The position numbers were made by a program, and so were the translations under genes. The notes under the pieces were generated by a model. It searched no databases and was not told the origin of the DNA. It saw nothing but the letters and a program-made list of their open reading frames with translations. DNA of 64,000 bases from a virus, in the IMG/VR virus record IMGVR_UViG_3300043449_002688, positions 64,001 to 128,000 of that record. One strand, given 5' to 3'. Shown in pieces: positions 29,127 through 37,199 of this stretch (position 1 is the stretch's first letter; the number at the start of each line of letters is the position of its first letter).

Positions 29127-29319
29127 CGAGACCAGCCAGACGCGACCCTGGCTACGAGCGTACTGAGGTTCAACAGCTACCAGGGACGTATCCCATGCAA
29201 GTGATTACCCTCGTCTTCGGCTCCGAGTATTGTCTTCTCTCTGCGTGTCCCAGAGTGAGCAGCTAACGCATCTCCTGACGAATTCTGTTCACCACTCAGC
29301 GACTTCACGCCTTGGTCTC
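29127..29319 (-). ncRNA. expanded tRNA-like ncRNA (unit A, about 193 nt)
   Basis: Acceptor GAGACCA/TGGTCTC, D-like stem GCGTG/CACGC, T-like arm GCCAG-GGTCGCGT-CTGGC. Confidence 0.75.
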
Positions 29320-29331
29320 AAGAATAAACTA

Positions 29332-30294
29332 TCACAATCTGCTACCATTTTCAAGAGCAGTATTACTACTAACTTGAACAACAACAGCTTTTTCTCTAAA
29401 TTCTCTAATATTGCTTGCGCCTACATAAGTAAAAGCACTTCGAATTCCGCCTTCAATGTCTTGCATTACATCTTTAACAGTAGAGGTAACTTTAACATGC
29501 CCAGAAACACCTTCTGCCGTTCTCCAGTCAGCCAATTTATTTTGAACAGCATAAGATTCTTGGGAAGCACTGCCCCTATATGTTTTATGTCCATTGATAT
29601 TAGGTGCAGCAGATTCTTCTGTTTGGGCAAGCATTTTGCCTACCATTACAGCTTCAGCTCCTGCGGCTAAAGCCTTTACTACATCGCCTGCAGACTTGAT
29701 TCCGCCATCAGCAATAACGTAATGCACTTTAGCGCATTCTTTTACGGCACTAAATTGCGGCATCCCTACGCCAGTTTTAATTCTAGTAGTACAAGCCGCT
29801 CCAGGACCAATTCCAACCTTAAAAGCAGTAATGTTATACCCTTTGCTGCGTTTCAAAAATTCTTCTACGGAAGAAGCGGTAGCAAAATTGCCTACAATTA
29901 ATTCTACGTCATAACGATCTAATAGCCATTTTGCTTGATCTACAACCTGTTGTTGTGCCCCATGAGCTACATCAATAATAAAACGATAAGCTCCACTAAC
30001 TGCTAAAGCAGCGGCTCGCTCTCGCTCTAATTCTCCCATACCGATTGATACCCAAGTTTCTTTAGGAGAGTTTTTATATAAATTTATGTTTTCTTTAATA
30101 TCGGCAAAACGATGAAGGCAGCCCACACCTCCGGCATTTGTCATAGCATGAGCCATATTAGGTCCAGTAACAGAATCCATATTGGCTGAGATTACTGGTA
30201 TTTTTAAACCAAAACTACTAACGTCTACATCTTTTCTTGAGTTTATTTCTGAAAACTGTGGCAAAATTAGAACATCATCATAGGTCAAAAGCAT
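29332..30294 (-). CDS. IMP dehydrogenase / GMP reductase family protein lacking CBS domains
   Basis: LTYDDVLILP, ISANMDSVT, DVAHG, KVGIGPGAACTTR, IADGGI, YRGSAS, AEG motifs; guaB versus guaC not resolved. Confidence 0.93.
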   Translation of the reverse strand: MLLTYDDVLILPQFSEINSRKDVDVSSFGLKIPVISANMDSVTGPNMAHAMTNAGGVGCLHRFADIKENINLYKNSPKETWVSIGMGELERERAAALAVSGAYRFIIDVAHGAQQQVVDQAKWLLDRYDVELIVGNFATASSVEEFLKRSKGYNITAFKVGIGPGAACTTRIKTGVGMPQFSAVKECAKVHYVIADGGIKSAGDVVKALAAGAEAVMVGKMLAQTEESAAPNINGHKTYRGSASQESYAVQNKLADWRTAEGVSGHVKVTSTVKDVMQDIEGGIRSAFTYVGASNIREFREKAVVVQVSSNTALENGSRL

Positions 30295-30345
30295 TGAAGC
30301 TCCAATGAGGTTAGGTTTGGTTAAAAAGTCAAAGAACTGTTTTTA

Positions 30346-31500
30346 TTATTTCACTGAGGTCATTGCATTTTCAATCAAAACTTCATACTTGGAAATATTT
30401 TCAGGATTGTTTATCATATATCTGTAAGCAAATTCTCGTGACTTCTTAAGATACTTTTCATTTGGATGCTCAACGCTATCAAAATGCTTAGCAATATAAT
30501 TTATATGCTCTACAGCAATAACGGAATTGTTTTCTGGATAATACCAGCCTAAATCTTTCATCATAGGGCTGTTGTGAACTACAGGCCAGCCAAGCCAAGC
30601 AGCATCAAGATAAAGATAATTTAATTCGCAACCATTTTGATGGCAAAGTAAAATATCTACGTGTTTATACAGTGACCAAACAACTGGATATCGTGCTTCG
30701 AATGTCATCTTTTTGGCTTTATAAATATCTAGCCCAATAGCAAAGTTAATTAGGTCTTTTTTCTTTTTAACTTCTGCTGCACCAAATACTTTCATGTCGC
30801 CAACTGATTCAGGATATTTTCTGTATAATAATTCCGCAGTAATGATAGGAACTGAGCAAGTTTTAACCATATTTAGGTTGGGCTCCATAGTTGCTATTTT
30901 CTTTGCTTGAACCCCATTTGGCGCATAAACTCCATTGTAATCTGAGTTTTCTTTTTTTAAGACTTCAACGTGATGTTGGATAAACCTTGGGTCCCAGATA
31001 TATGGTCCTTCTAAAACTGGACAATCAAACATTGCTTCAAAAAAGTAACGATCTCGATCATAAAAATGGCCGCTCATCCAAATAGCGCTCAAATGAGGGT
31101 TTCTTGAATAAATCCCACTAGTAGGAAGATTAAATAACATAACCTCGTTAAACATATTAAGTTCTGCTCCAAGAACTTGCTTAACGATTTTTTTACCTTT
31201 GCTTTTAAAGTGAGCATATTCATCTAAATGTAAACTGCCATGACAAACTACAATTAGATCGCACTTTTCTTCAATCTCTTCTAATGGAATTATGTAATCA
31301 GCGTAAGGCTCCCAAGACGTATTTTTAAAACTTTCTTTTGTTACGTTGGGATGGGCATTGATGATATATGCATTGTTGACGTTTTTACATTTAGAATACA
31401 TTTCTCTAAGCAAAATAACATTTTGCCTAATGCCATTGCTAAATAACGAATCTTCTTTAGGGTTTTTAATAATTATTGTAATGCCAACATTATATTTCAT
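30346..31500 (-). CDS. DUF2827-family protein (glycosyltransferase-like)
   Basis: NGIRQNV N-terminus, PYIWDP, EPN.NMVK, HQ....LNYLYLDAAWLGWPVVHNS signature. Confidence 0.75.
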   Translation of the reverse strand: MKYNVGITIIIKNPKEDSLFSNGIRQNVILLREMYSKCKNVNNAYIINAHPNVTKESFKNTSWEPYADYIIPLEEIEEKCDLIVVCHGSLHLDEYAHFKSKGKKIVKQVLGAELNMFNEVMLFNLPTSGIYSRNPHLSAIWMSGHFYDRDRYFFEAMFDCPVLEGPYIWDPRFIQHHVEVLKKENSDYNGVYAPNGVQAKKIATMEPNLNMVKTCSVPIITAELLYRKYPESVGDMKVFGAAEVKKKKDLINFAIGLDIYKAKKMTFEARYPVVWSLYKHVDILLCHQNGCELNYLYLDAAWLGWPVVHNSPMMKDLGWYYPENNSVIAVEHINYIAKHFDSVEHPNEKYLKKSREFAYRYMINNPENISKYEVLIENAMTSVK

Positions 31501-31614
31501 TTTGCCGCCTTAGATTGTGTTTATTTATAATTAATATACTTGCAAAAAGACTTAAAATCAAGTTTAATTGTCTTTAATGAGAATATCTAAAATTGATACA
31601 TTTGTAAAAAATAC

Positions 31615-31642
31615 TTGATTATTTTTGTTAGTATGATATTCT
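31615..31642 (+). promoter_or_regulatory. sigma70-type early promoter
   Basis: TTGATT-16 nt-TATTCT with extended -10 TG; same architecture as the 35.6/36.1 kb repeats. Confidence 0.75.
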
Positions 31643-31670
31643 ATGTTTGTACCTAACCAAAGGAGCTTTT

Positions 31671-31907
31671 ATGTTTAAGGCAATGGAAGATCTAATTGAA
31701 GAAGGTAAAACTGTTGATTTGCGCCTTCGCCCTTCTTATCGTCTTGGTTTCCTTAAAGGTGCAACTATGGTTACAAAAATTCAGCTTGAAACTCTTATGG
31801 AGAAAATCCAAAGAGGTGACAGCAAAGAAAGCCTTGAAAGATATGTGACTTCTATTTTGGCTGATTTGGCTAGGACTGAAGAAGCTGTAGAAAAAATGGG
31901 TTCTTAA
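31671..31907 (+). CDS. hypothetical early protein
   Basis: AAGGAG RBS then ATG 31671. Confidence 0.7.
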   Translation: MFKAMEDLIEEGKTVDLRLRPSYRLGFLKGATMVTKIQLETLMEKIQRGDSKESLERYVTSILADLARTEEAVEKMGS

Positions 31908-31919
31908 AAAGGAGCATGT

Positions 31920-32117
31920 ATGTCACGTATAAAATGTGCCGTATGCAATAAAAACCCAGTTAAAACTAAAATTTCTAAGCACTGGAAAACAAATAAGATT
32001 ATTAAACTTTACGAAGCTACTTGCAATGGCTCTGATTGCGTTAACCAGTATAACGAAGTTTTAGCCGAGCTTTCTTTTCAAGAAGTATATTTTAGTTCGG
32101 AGTCTAACAATGGATAA
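31920..32117 (+). CDS. hypothetical zinc-finger-like protein
   Basis: CAVC and CNGSDC; AGGAG RBS. Confidence 0.6.
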   Translation: MSRIKCAVCNKNPVKTKISKHWKTNKIIKLYEATCNGSDCVNQYNEVLAELSFQEVYFSSESNNG

Positions 32118-32358
32118 CTGCCCTAATTGCAAGTCTAGCTGGATTGGTGAGCCAATTCCTGAAGTCCTTCGTCAGCATTACGGCGATGAAACTCATTGGC
32201 GCAGAGAAATAAACATTGACGGTGGCTACATGGGCATTTATGATGGAATAGTCGCAGTTATATGCCCAGACTGCAAAGAAGAATTTCCCCGAAACGATAG
32301 TTCTTGGGCGTTAGAAATGTTTAAGAAGTACCAAGAGGCTGTAAATGAGAGTAAATAA
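32110..32358 (+). CDS. zinc-ribbon protein
   Basis: CPNC ... CPDC. Confidence 0.65.
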   Translation: MDNCPNCKSSWIGEPIPEVLRQHYGDETHWRREINIDGGYMGIYDGIVAVICPDCKEEFPRNDSSWALEMFKKYQEAVNESK

Positions 32359-32947
32359 AGAAATAATCTCAAAATTAGGTCCATGTAAAAATAGGTTCGA
32401 TAATTATTTAGAATATTACTCTGACTTTGATGGAACCTTACAAGAATTTATTTTGCTAGATAAAATTACTCATAAAGACAAAATTTGGGTAATTACAAAG
32501 CTTTTTGATGACAAGCAAAAAAGTAAATGGGCTATTAAATGTGCTTTTAGCGTTTTATATATATACGAAAAGAGTTTTCCGTCTGACGATAGACCAAGAA
32601 AAGCTATAGAAGCCGCACAGGAATGCCTAAGTAATCCTGCTGCTCGTGCTGCTGCTTATGCTGCTGCTGATGATGCTGCTCGTGCTGCTGCTTATGCTGC
32701 TCGTGCTGCTGCTTATGCTGCTGCTTATGCTGCTTATGCTGCTGCTTATGCTGCTGATGATGATGTTACTCGTGCTGCTCGTGCTGCTGTTGATGCTGCT
32801 CGTGCTGCTGCTTATGCTGCTGCTGATGATGCTGCTCGTGCTGCTGCTTATGCTGCTGATGATGATGTTACTCGTGCTGCTGCTTATGATACGCAAAAAC
32901 AACTTAATTTAAAGTTTGCTATCGAGGTCTTAAATGAAACGAAGTGA
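32345..32947 (+). CDS. Imm5-like (putative immunity) protein with Ala-rich repeat
   Basis: VL.IYEK.FP.DDRPRKAIEAA motif followed by AARAAAYAA repeats. Confidence 0.7.
   Translation: MRVNKEIISKLGPCKNRFDNYLEYYSDFDGTLQEFILLDKITHKDKIWVITKLFDDKQKSKWAIKCAFSVLYIYEKSFPSDDRPRKAIEAAQECLSNPAARAAAYAAADDAARAAAYAARAAAYAAAYAAYAAAYAADDDVTRAARAAVDAARAAAYAAADDAARAAAYAADDDVTRAAAYDTQKQLNLKFAIEVLNETK
32639..32890 (+). repeat. low-complexity (GCT)n-based coding repeat
   Basis: Built only from T-ending codons GCT/CGT/TAT/GAT/GTT/ACT. Confidence 0.95.
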
Positions 32948-33167
32948 AATGATTGACCATATTGTCGCTGAGATGGTAGATGCTGAAGCCAATAGAAAAT
33001 ATAGCAACGAAGCAGGCGAAGCTTATTTTAAGCGTAGAGCGGTTAGCTTACTAGATATGATTGAAGGGTTCGGTATGCTGCCTCCAGAGGTTCCGACTCT
33101 GACTATCAATGGCGTCTCTTTTATAGCTAAAAATATTTGGGAGCCTGAAGATGAAAGCACTAAATGA
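32934..33167 (+). CDS. MKRSEM-family paralogue 3
   Basis: MKRSEM...GMLPP...NIWEPEDE. Confidence 0.8.
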   Translation: MKRSEMIDHIVAEMVDAEANRKYSNEAGEAYFKRRAVSLLDMIEGFGMLPPEVPTLTINGVSFIAKNIWEPEDESTK

Positions 33168-33606
33168 AGCATTGAATGAACTATCTTGGCAATTAAAAAA
33201 AATTTCGCCATCTTTTAGTCAGGAAATTGATAGGTGTTTAACTGATTGGGCAGAAAAGAATTTTGATGTAATGTCTATCACTACGCATTTAAGCCAAGAA
33301 ATGGAGAATAGCGCTGCTGATCCCAGTTCTTTAAAAGCGCATTTATTGCAAAAAGCTCTATACGAGTCTGCAATTCAAATTGGTGCCAAATACGGTTTTG
33401 GGCAAGAAGAAGTAAAAATGCCTTGGAATCATTTAAGTAGGTCTACCGACTATTATGCTACATGGAAAGTAAATCCACATCAATATTCAAAAGAATTGTC
33501 TTTATCATTTGTTGTTTTGAAAAGACATCCTACATCATGGGGTTCTAATGAAAGCACAAGTGATTGGGTTAAAAAAATAGTAGGGGCTAAAAATGAAACG
33601 AAGTGA
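33151..33606 (+). CDS. hypothetical protein within the MKRSEM array
   Basis: Starts at the GGGAGCCTGAAG-ATG junction; ends NETK overlapping the next start. Confidence 0.7.
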   Translation: MKALNEALNELSWQLKKISPSFSQEIDRCLTDWAEKNFDVMSITTHLSQEMENSAADPSSLKAHLLQKALYESAIQIGAKYGFGQEEVKMPWNHLSRSTDYYATWKVNPHQYSKELSLSFVVLKRHPTSWGSNESTSDWVKKIVGAKNETK

Positions 33607-33838
33607 AATGATTGAGCATATTGCCGCTGAGATGGTAGATGCTGAAGCCAATAGAAAATATAGCAACGAACCCAAGCAAGATTATTATTTACGTAAAGCT
33701 ACCGGACTATTAGATATGATTCAGGGATTTGGTATGCTGCCTCCAACTGTAGATGGAATTATTGAAGTTGAAAAGACTAATGATGAGGGCCTAGCCTTAA
33801 AGCTTTGGAGTTGGGAGCCTGAAGATGAAACGAAGTGA
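33593..33838 (+). CDS. MKRSEM-family paralogue 4
   Basis: First 78 bp differ from paralogue 3 at 2 positions; WEPEDETK end. Confidence 0.8.
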   Translation: MKRSEMIEHIAAEMVDAEANRKYSNEPKQDYYLRKATGLLDMIQGFGMLPPTVDGIIEVEKTNDEGLALKLWSWEPEDETK

Positions 33839-34262
33839 GATGGTTACATATCTTCATAATTTATTAAATACGTTTGAAAATTGCAGTCTAGATCGAGCAG
33901 CAGTAGATGAAATCCTAGAAGGATTAGAGAGCATGGGCATGCAACTAGTTGAGCAGTTAGAAGTAGTCCCTTGGGAGCCTGAAGAAGGCTGGGATATATA
34001 CTTACAAAAACAAGACGAAAAAGCCGAAGCTCGTGACTTCCATATCGCACCTAGACTGAATCCTTATAAAAACACCTATGATTATGAAATGACTACTCCC
34101 ATGATAATAGCTAATAGGTATTTATGGGGAGAATCTATTAAAGATCTTGCTAACGCATATAATGTGCCTCGTGAACGAATTAGGCAAATAATAGCAAAAG
34201 AACGGCGTAGATATCAAAATTGGAAAAAAAGCCAACAAGGGTCTGAAGATGAAACGAAGTGA
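33825..34262 (+). CDS. MKRSEM-family paralogue 5 fused to sigma70 region-4-like HTH
   Basis: MKRSEM...WEPEE then SIKDLANAYNVPRERIRQIIAK. Confidence 0.75.
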   Translation: MKRSEMVTYLHNLLNTFENCSLDRAAVDEILEGLESMGMQLVEQLEVVPWEPEEGWDIYLQKQDEKAEARDFHIAPRLNPYKNTYDYEMTTPMIIANRYLWGESIKDLANAYNVPRERIRQIIAKERRRYQNWKKSQQGSEDETK

Positions 34263-34515
34263 AGTAGTAAAACAATTAACCGAACGATTTGAGCAAATGG
34301 ATTTGAATATTACTCCAGGCGTACTGGCAGAAATCGCTATGAGGATTGTTGAAGATGCAGGCATGCAACCTCCAAACATTACACTAAAAGAAATGTTCCC
34401 CGACTCGCCATTGCTTACAGCAGAAAATCATTATTATGGTGTTTGGGAAGAAGAAGATCTAAGCAGCTATCCTTCAATGACTGAAGATATCGACGACGTT
34501 CCTTTAAAAGGATAA
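34249..34515 (+). CDS. MKRSEM-family paralogue 6
   Basis: MKRSEV...EDAGMQPP...VWEEED. Confidence 0.75.
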   Translation: MKRSEVVKQLTERFEQMDLNITPGVLAEIAMRIVEDAGMQPPNITLKEMFPDSPLLTAENHYYGVWEEEDLSSYPSMTEDIDDVPLKG

Positions 34516-34517
34516 TT

Positions 34518-34736
34518 ATGAACAAACGTGAGCAAATTTTACTTGATTATGTTATTCAAAAAAGCTACACTGATCCAGAAGCTCAAGAAGTTTTAAATCA
34601 ATATGATGCTGAAAGAACAGGGCAAGAGTACAGCTCTGTAGCTTTAGTTAATTCCCTTATTAGAGATGGAAACATCAAGCTTGCTGAGCGAATTTTACAG
34701 TGTATGACTGGCGGAGATTATAAATATGAAACTTAA
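34518..34736 (+). CDS. hypothetical protein
   Basis: AAGGA RBS; operon packing. Confidence 0.6.
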   Translation: MNKREQILLDYVIQKSYTDPEAQEVLNQYDAERTGQEYSSVALVNSLIRDGNIKLAERILQCMTGGDYKYET

Positions 34737-34938
34737 AGAGCAATTAGAACTACAAAAAGACATCGAAGTTCCTTGGCATGTTTTTAGGTTTTTTGATGGT
34801 AATACAAAAAAGATTGTTTTGGCTGGAGATCAAGCAAGTTTATCTTCAGAAGGCGATTTTGGCAGCTTACAAGAGCTACAAAAAGCCGTACAATGGTATG
34901 TAGAGCAACTGGGCGGTAAAGTTAAGTGGGATAAATAA
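34726..34938 (+). CDS. hypothetical protein
   Basis: GGAG RBS; overlap with previous gene. Confidence 0.6.
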   Translation: MKLKEQLELQKDIEVPWHVFRFFDGNTKKIVLAGDQASLSSEGDFGSLQELQKAVQWYVEQLGGKVKWDK

Positions 34939-35001
34939 TCCAAGCTAAACATCTAATATTAATAGTTTATTCTATATTGGAATATGGAATAAGAACAGAG
35001 T

Positions 35002-35262
35002 GTGGTAATTAATATGGAAAGCGTACTTTGGCTATTTACAGGTACATTCTATTCTGGAGTATTGTTAACTGTAGGCTTGTTTGTATATAAGATTATTAAA
35101 AATCAACCTTCTAAAAAGCTGTTTATTAATTTCTTAAAAATCTTAGGGATTGGGTTTGTTGCTTCTATGTTTCCTTGGCTTTTGTTTGGATTACTAGGGT
35201 TCCCTTCTGTTTTAGTAGCGAGTATAGCTGTTACCTTTGTCTTTCAAAAAGAACTTTCGTGA
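35002..35262 (+). CDS. multi-TM membrane protein
   Basis: Three hydrophobic segments. Confidence 0.55.
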   Translation: MVINMESVLWLFTGTFYSGVLLTVGLFVYKIIKNQPSKKLFINFLKILGIGFVASMFPWLLFGLLGFPSVLVASIAVTFVFQKELS

Positions 35263-35392
35263 GGCTTTATGGAGCTTTTAATTGTTAGCCCTGTAATTCT
35301 TTTCTGTACTTTAGTTTTAGCAGTTGGCTTTTTAAAGTTAACTGAACATTTCGATTCCGAAGATTAATCTTTTAAAAATTAAAGGCAATAAA

Positions 35393-35617
35393 ATGAAAAC
35401 AAAGTTTTATGCAAAAGATACAAGTAACGGCGATTTTTTTCCAGAACCTAAATTAATCCAAGCCGATATGGGCATTCTTATTGAGTATGGAAACAAAAAA
35501 TTTACTATTCAAGAAGATAATTTCGGCAGGCTCATTCTAACGTCTGTCGGTTCAGGATTAGGTTTGGTTTTAACGCCCAGAAGCTGGAATTCTGTTGTTA
35601 TAAGTTCTGAAGATTAA
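35393..35617 (+). CDS. hypothetical protein
   Basis: ATG with AAGG RBS. Confidence 0.55.
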   Translation: MKTKFYAKDTSNGDFFPEPKLIQADMGILIEYGNKKFTIQEDNFGRLILTSVGSGLGLVLTPRSWNSVVISSED

Positions 35618-35702
35618 ATCTCAAAACAATACATATATAAAAAATACTTGATTATTTTTATAGTCATGGTATTCTGTATTTGTAAGTAGGTAATTAACTG
35701 AA
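35617..35702 (+). repeat. 86-bp direct repeat copy 1 containing an early promoter
   Basis: Identical to 36117-36202 except one base; contains TTGATT-16-TATTCT with TG extension. Confidence 0.9.
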
Positions 35703-35872
35703 ACTAGACATTTTTATTTGATGTGGTGATTAGTGGAGATTTATTTTGGCATCGGTTTTGGGGTTTGGCTGGGTTTATTCTCTTACCGACTTAAAAGAGA
35801 CAAGTTTAAGTATATTATGTACCATGTAACCCCTATAAGTTTTTTGAGGGGTTTTATAGGTGCGGTTTTATT

Positions 35873-36151
35873 TTGGCCCATTTGCATATTTTTAATCCAG
35901 GAGTGATTAGAAAAAATATCCAGCGTCCTCCCTGTCCGTTTAATGATTTTGGTAAAAATCGTAATCCAGAAAATGATATGATCGAAAGTTCTGGTGGTCT
36001 TTGTGGCGTTAAGCCTGGACTTAAAAGCATTGGTTGGGATTTTGAAAATCATATTGACAATTCAAAATTTGAAGTTACTTGCCCTAAATGCAAGAAGAAG
36101 CTCGAAAAGTTAGTTGAATCTCAAAACAATACATATATAAAAAATACTTGA
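35873..36151 (+). CDS. hypothetical Cys-containing protein (start uncertain)
   Basis: LCG...VTCPKC motif; runs into repeat copy 2. Confidence 0.45.
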   Translation: MAHLHIFNPGVIRKNIQRPPCPFNDFGKNRNPENDMIESSGGLCGVKPGLKSIGWDFENHIDNSKFEVTCPKCKKKLEKLVESQNNTYIKNT

Positions 36152-36202
36152 TTATTTTTATAGTCATGGTATTCTGTATTTGTAAGCAGGTAATTAACTG
36201 AA
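36117..36202 (+). repeat. 86-bp direct repeat copy 2 containing an early promoter
   Basis: Exactly 500 bp after copy 1; followed by GGAGG and ATG. Confidence 0.9.
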
Positions 36203-36212
36203 GGAGGACCCA

Positions 36213-36371
36213 ATGATCAAAGTAACTTATAAAAGCAATTATAAAGTTAAAGAAGGTCGTAAGTGGGTCGAAAAAACTTCTCAGTGGGATGAAGTGATTA
36301 AAACTGAAGCCGACGCTAGATTGCGAGCTTTGGCCCTTAACTGGCAAATCGTTAAGGTGGAGTCTGTATGA
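36213..36371 (+). CDS. hypothetical 52-aa early protein (not in ORF track)
   Basis: AAGGAGG RBS; MIKVTYKSNYKVKEGRKW...; ATGA overlap with next gene. Confidence 0.75.
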   Translation: MIKVTYKSNYKVKEGRKWVEKTSQWDEVIKTEADARLRALALNWQIVKVESV

Positions 36372-36634
36372 AAAATTTAGCACAAATGATGCAAAGAGTT
36401 TTTCAAATTAAAAAGGGCGATATTTTAACTAAAGGCGACCTTTATATAATGAATCAAGCAACTGATCAAATTTTGTCCGAATATGATACCTTAAATCCTG
36501 ATTCTTTTGATGATTCACAAAAATTAGACGAATATGATTATTTTTTGGATTATTGTGAAGAAAGTCTAACTGATAGCCTAAAAAAGGCTAGGATTAGAGA
36601 GAGTGGTTTAAAGCTCGTAGTCAATAATTCTTAA
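36368..36634 (+). CDS. hypothetical acidic protein
   Basis: GGAG RBS; ends GLKLVVNNS. Confidence 0.65.
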   Translation: MKNLAQMMQRVFQIKKGDILTKGDLYIMNQATDQILSEYDTLNPDSFDDSQKLDEYDYFLDYCEESLTDSLKKARIRESGLKLVVNNS

Positions 36635-36663
36635 AAAACAATTTTGTCGAATTTGGATATCAT

Positions 36664-36819
36664 ATGAAAAAACAAATTGATAAAAAAGTCAGAGCAAAAG
36701 CTTTAAAGGATTTGACTAAAAACGGCAAAAACCGTTATATGATTGCGCAATTAGACCGTCTCATGTCAGACAAAGAGACCCTAGAAATCCTCAACGCTTT
36801 ATTTGCTGCGACAAATTAA
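36664..36819 (+). CDS. hypothetical 51-aa protein (not in ORF track)
   Basis: MKKQIDKKVRAKALKDL... Confidence 0.5.
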   Translation: MKKQIDKKVRAKALKDLTKNGKNRYMIAQLDRLMSDKETLEILNALFAATN

Positions 36820-36856
36820 TATTGCTTTTTTAATTAAACTTTGACAGAATACACAT

Positions 36857-36933
36857 GGACACTTAGCTTAGCTGGTGAAAGCATCCCGCTCATAACGGGA
36901 GGATCGTAGGTTCGAGTCCTACAGTGTCCACCA
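36857..36933 (+). tRNA. tRNA with CAT anticodon, probably tRNA-Ile2 (lysidine type); elongator Met possible
   Basis: GGACACT/AGTGTCC acceptor with paired G1-C72 (not initiator), TCCCG-CTCATAA-CGGGA, GTAGG-TTCGAGT-CCTAC, ACCA end. Confidence 0.92.
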
Positions 36934-37199
36934 TTTTTCGCTGGAGTTTTTATGCTCTTACTTATGACTTATTTCGTTGCTATCCATACTGCCGCAGTCG
37001 TAATTGATTTGTGTAACAAATCGTTAAATTAAAGAGTTATAGCGCCTCAATTTGAGACATGGAGTTTAAGGATCTTTGCTTTTAAGCCAAAATATAGATC
37101 GAAACTCTAGTTTTAGGTCTATTTTTAAAGAAAATGGAGCGGTCTCTTTAGAAAAGAGCTAATATATAGACTAGTAACAAATGATATTTAGGAGATATT

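Noticed and set aside
28952-29319. Canonical tRNA, intron-containing tRNA or tmRNA
   Set aside because: No TTC T-loop, no 7-nt anticodon loop, inserts too short for group I introns, no G3.U70 pair or tag ORF seen
29054-29670. Plus-strand ORFs of 70 and 146 aa
   Set aside because: Antisense to the structured RNAs and IMPDH/GMPR gene; TTG starts without RBS
32627-32912. Poly-Leu/Met and poly-Ser ORFs in other frames
   Set aside because: Artefacts of the (GCT)n repeat; the Ala frame carries the Imm5-like motif
37030-37125. Possible degenerate tRNA after the CAT tRNA
   Set aside because: Only an irregular hairpin (GAGTTT...GATCT / AGATC...AAACTC); no cloverleaf could be built
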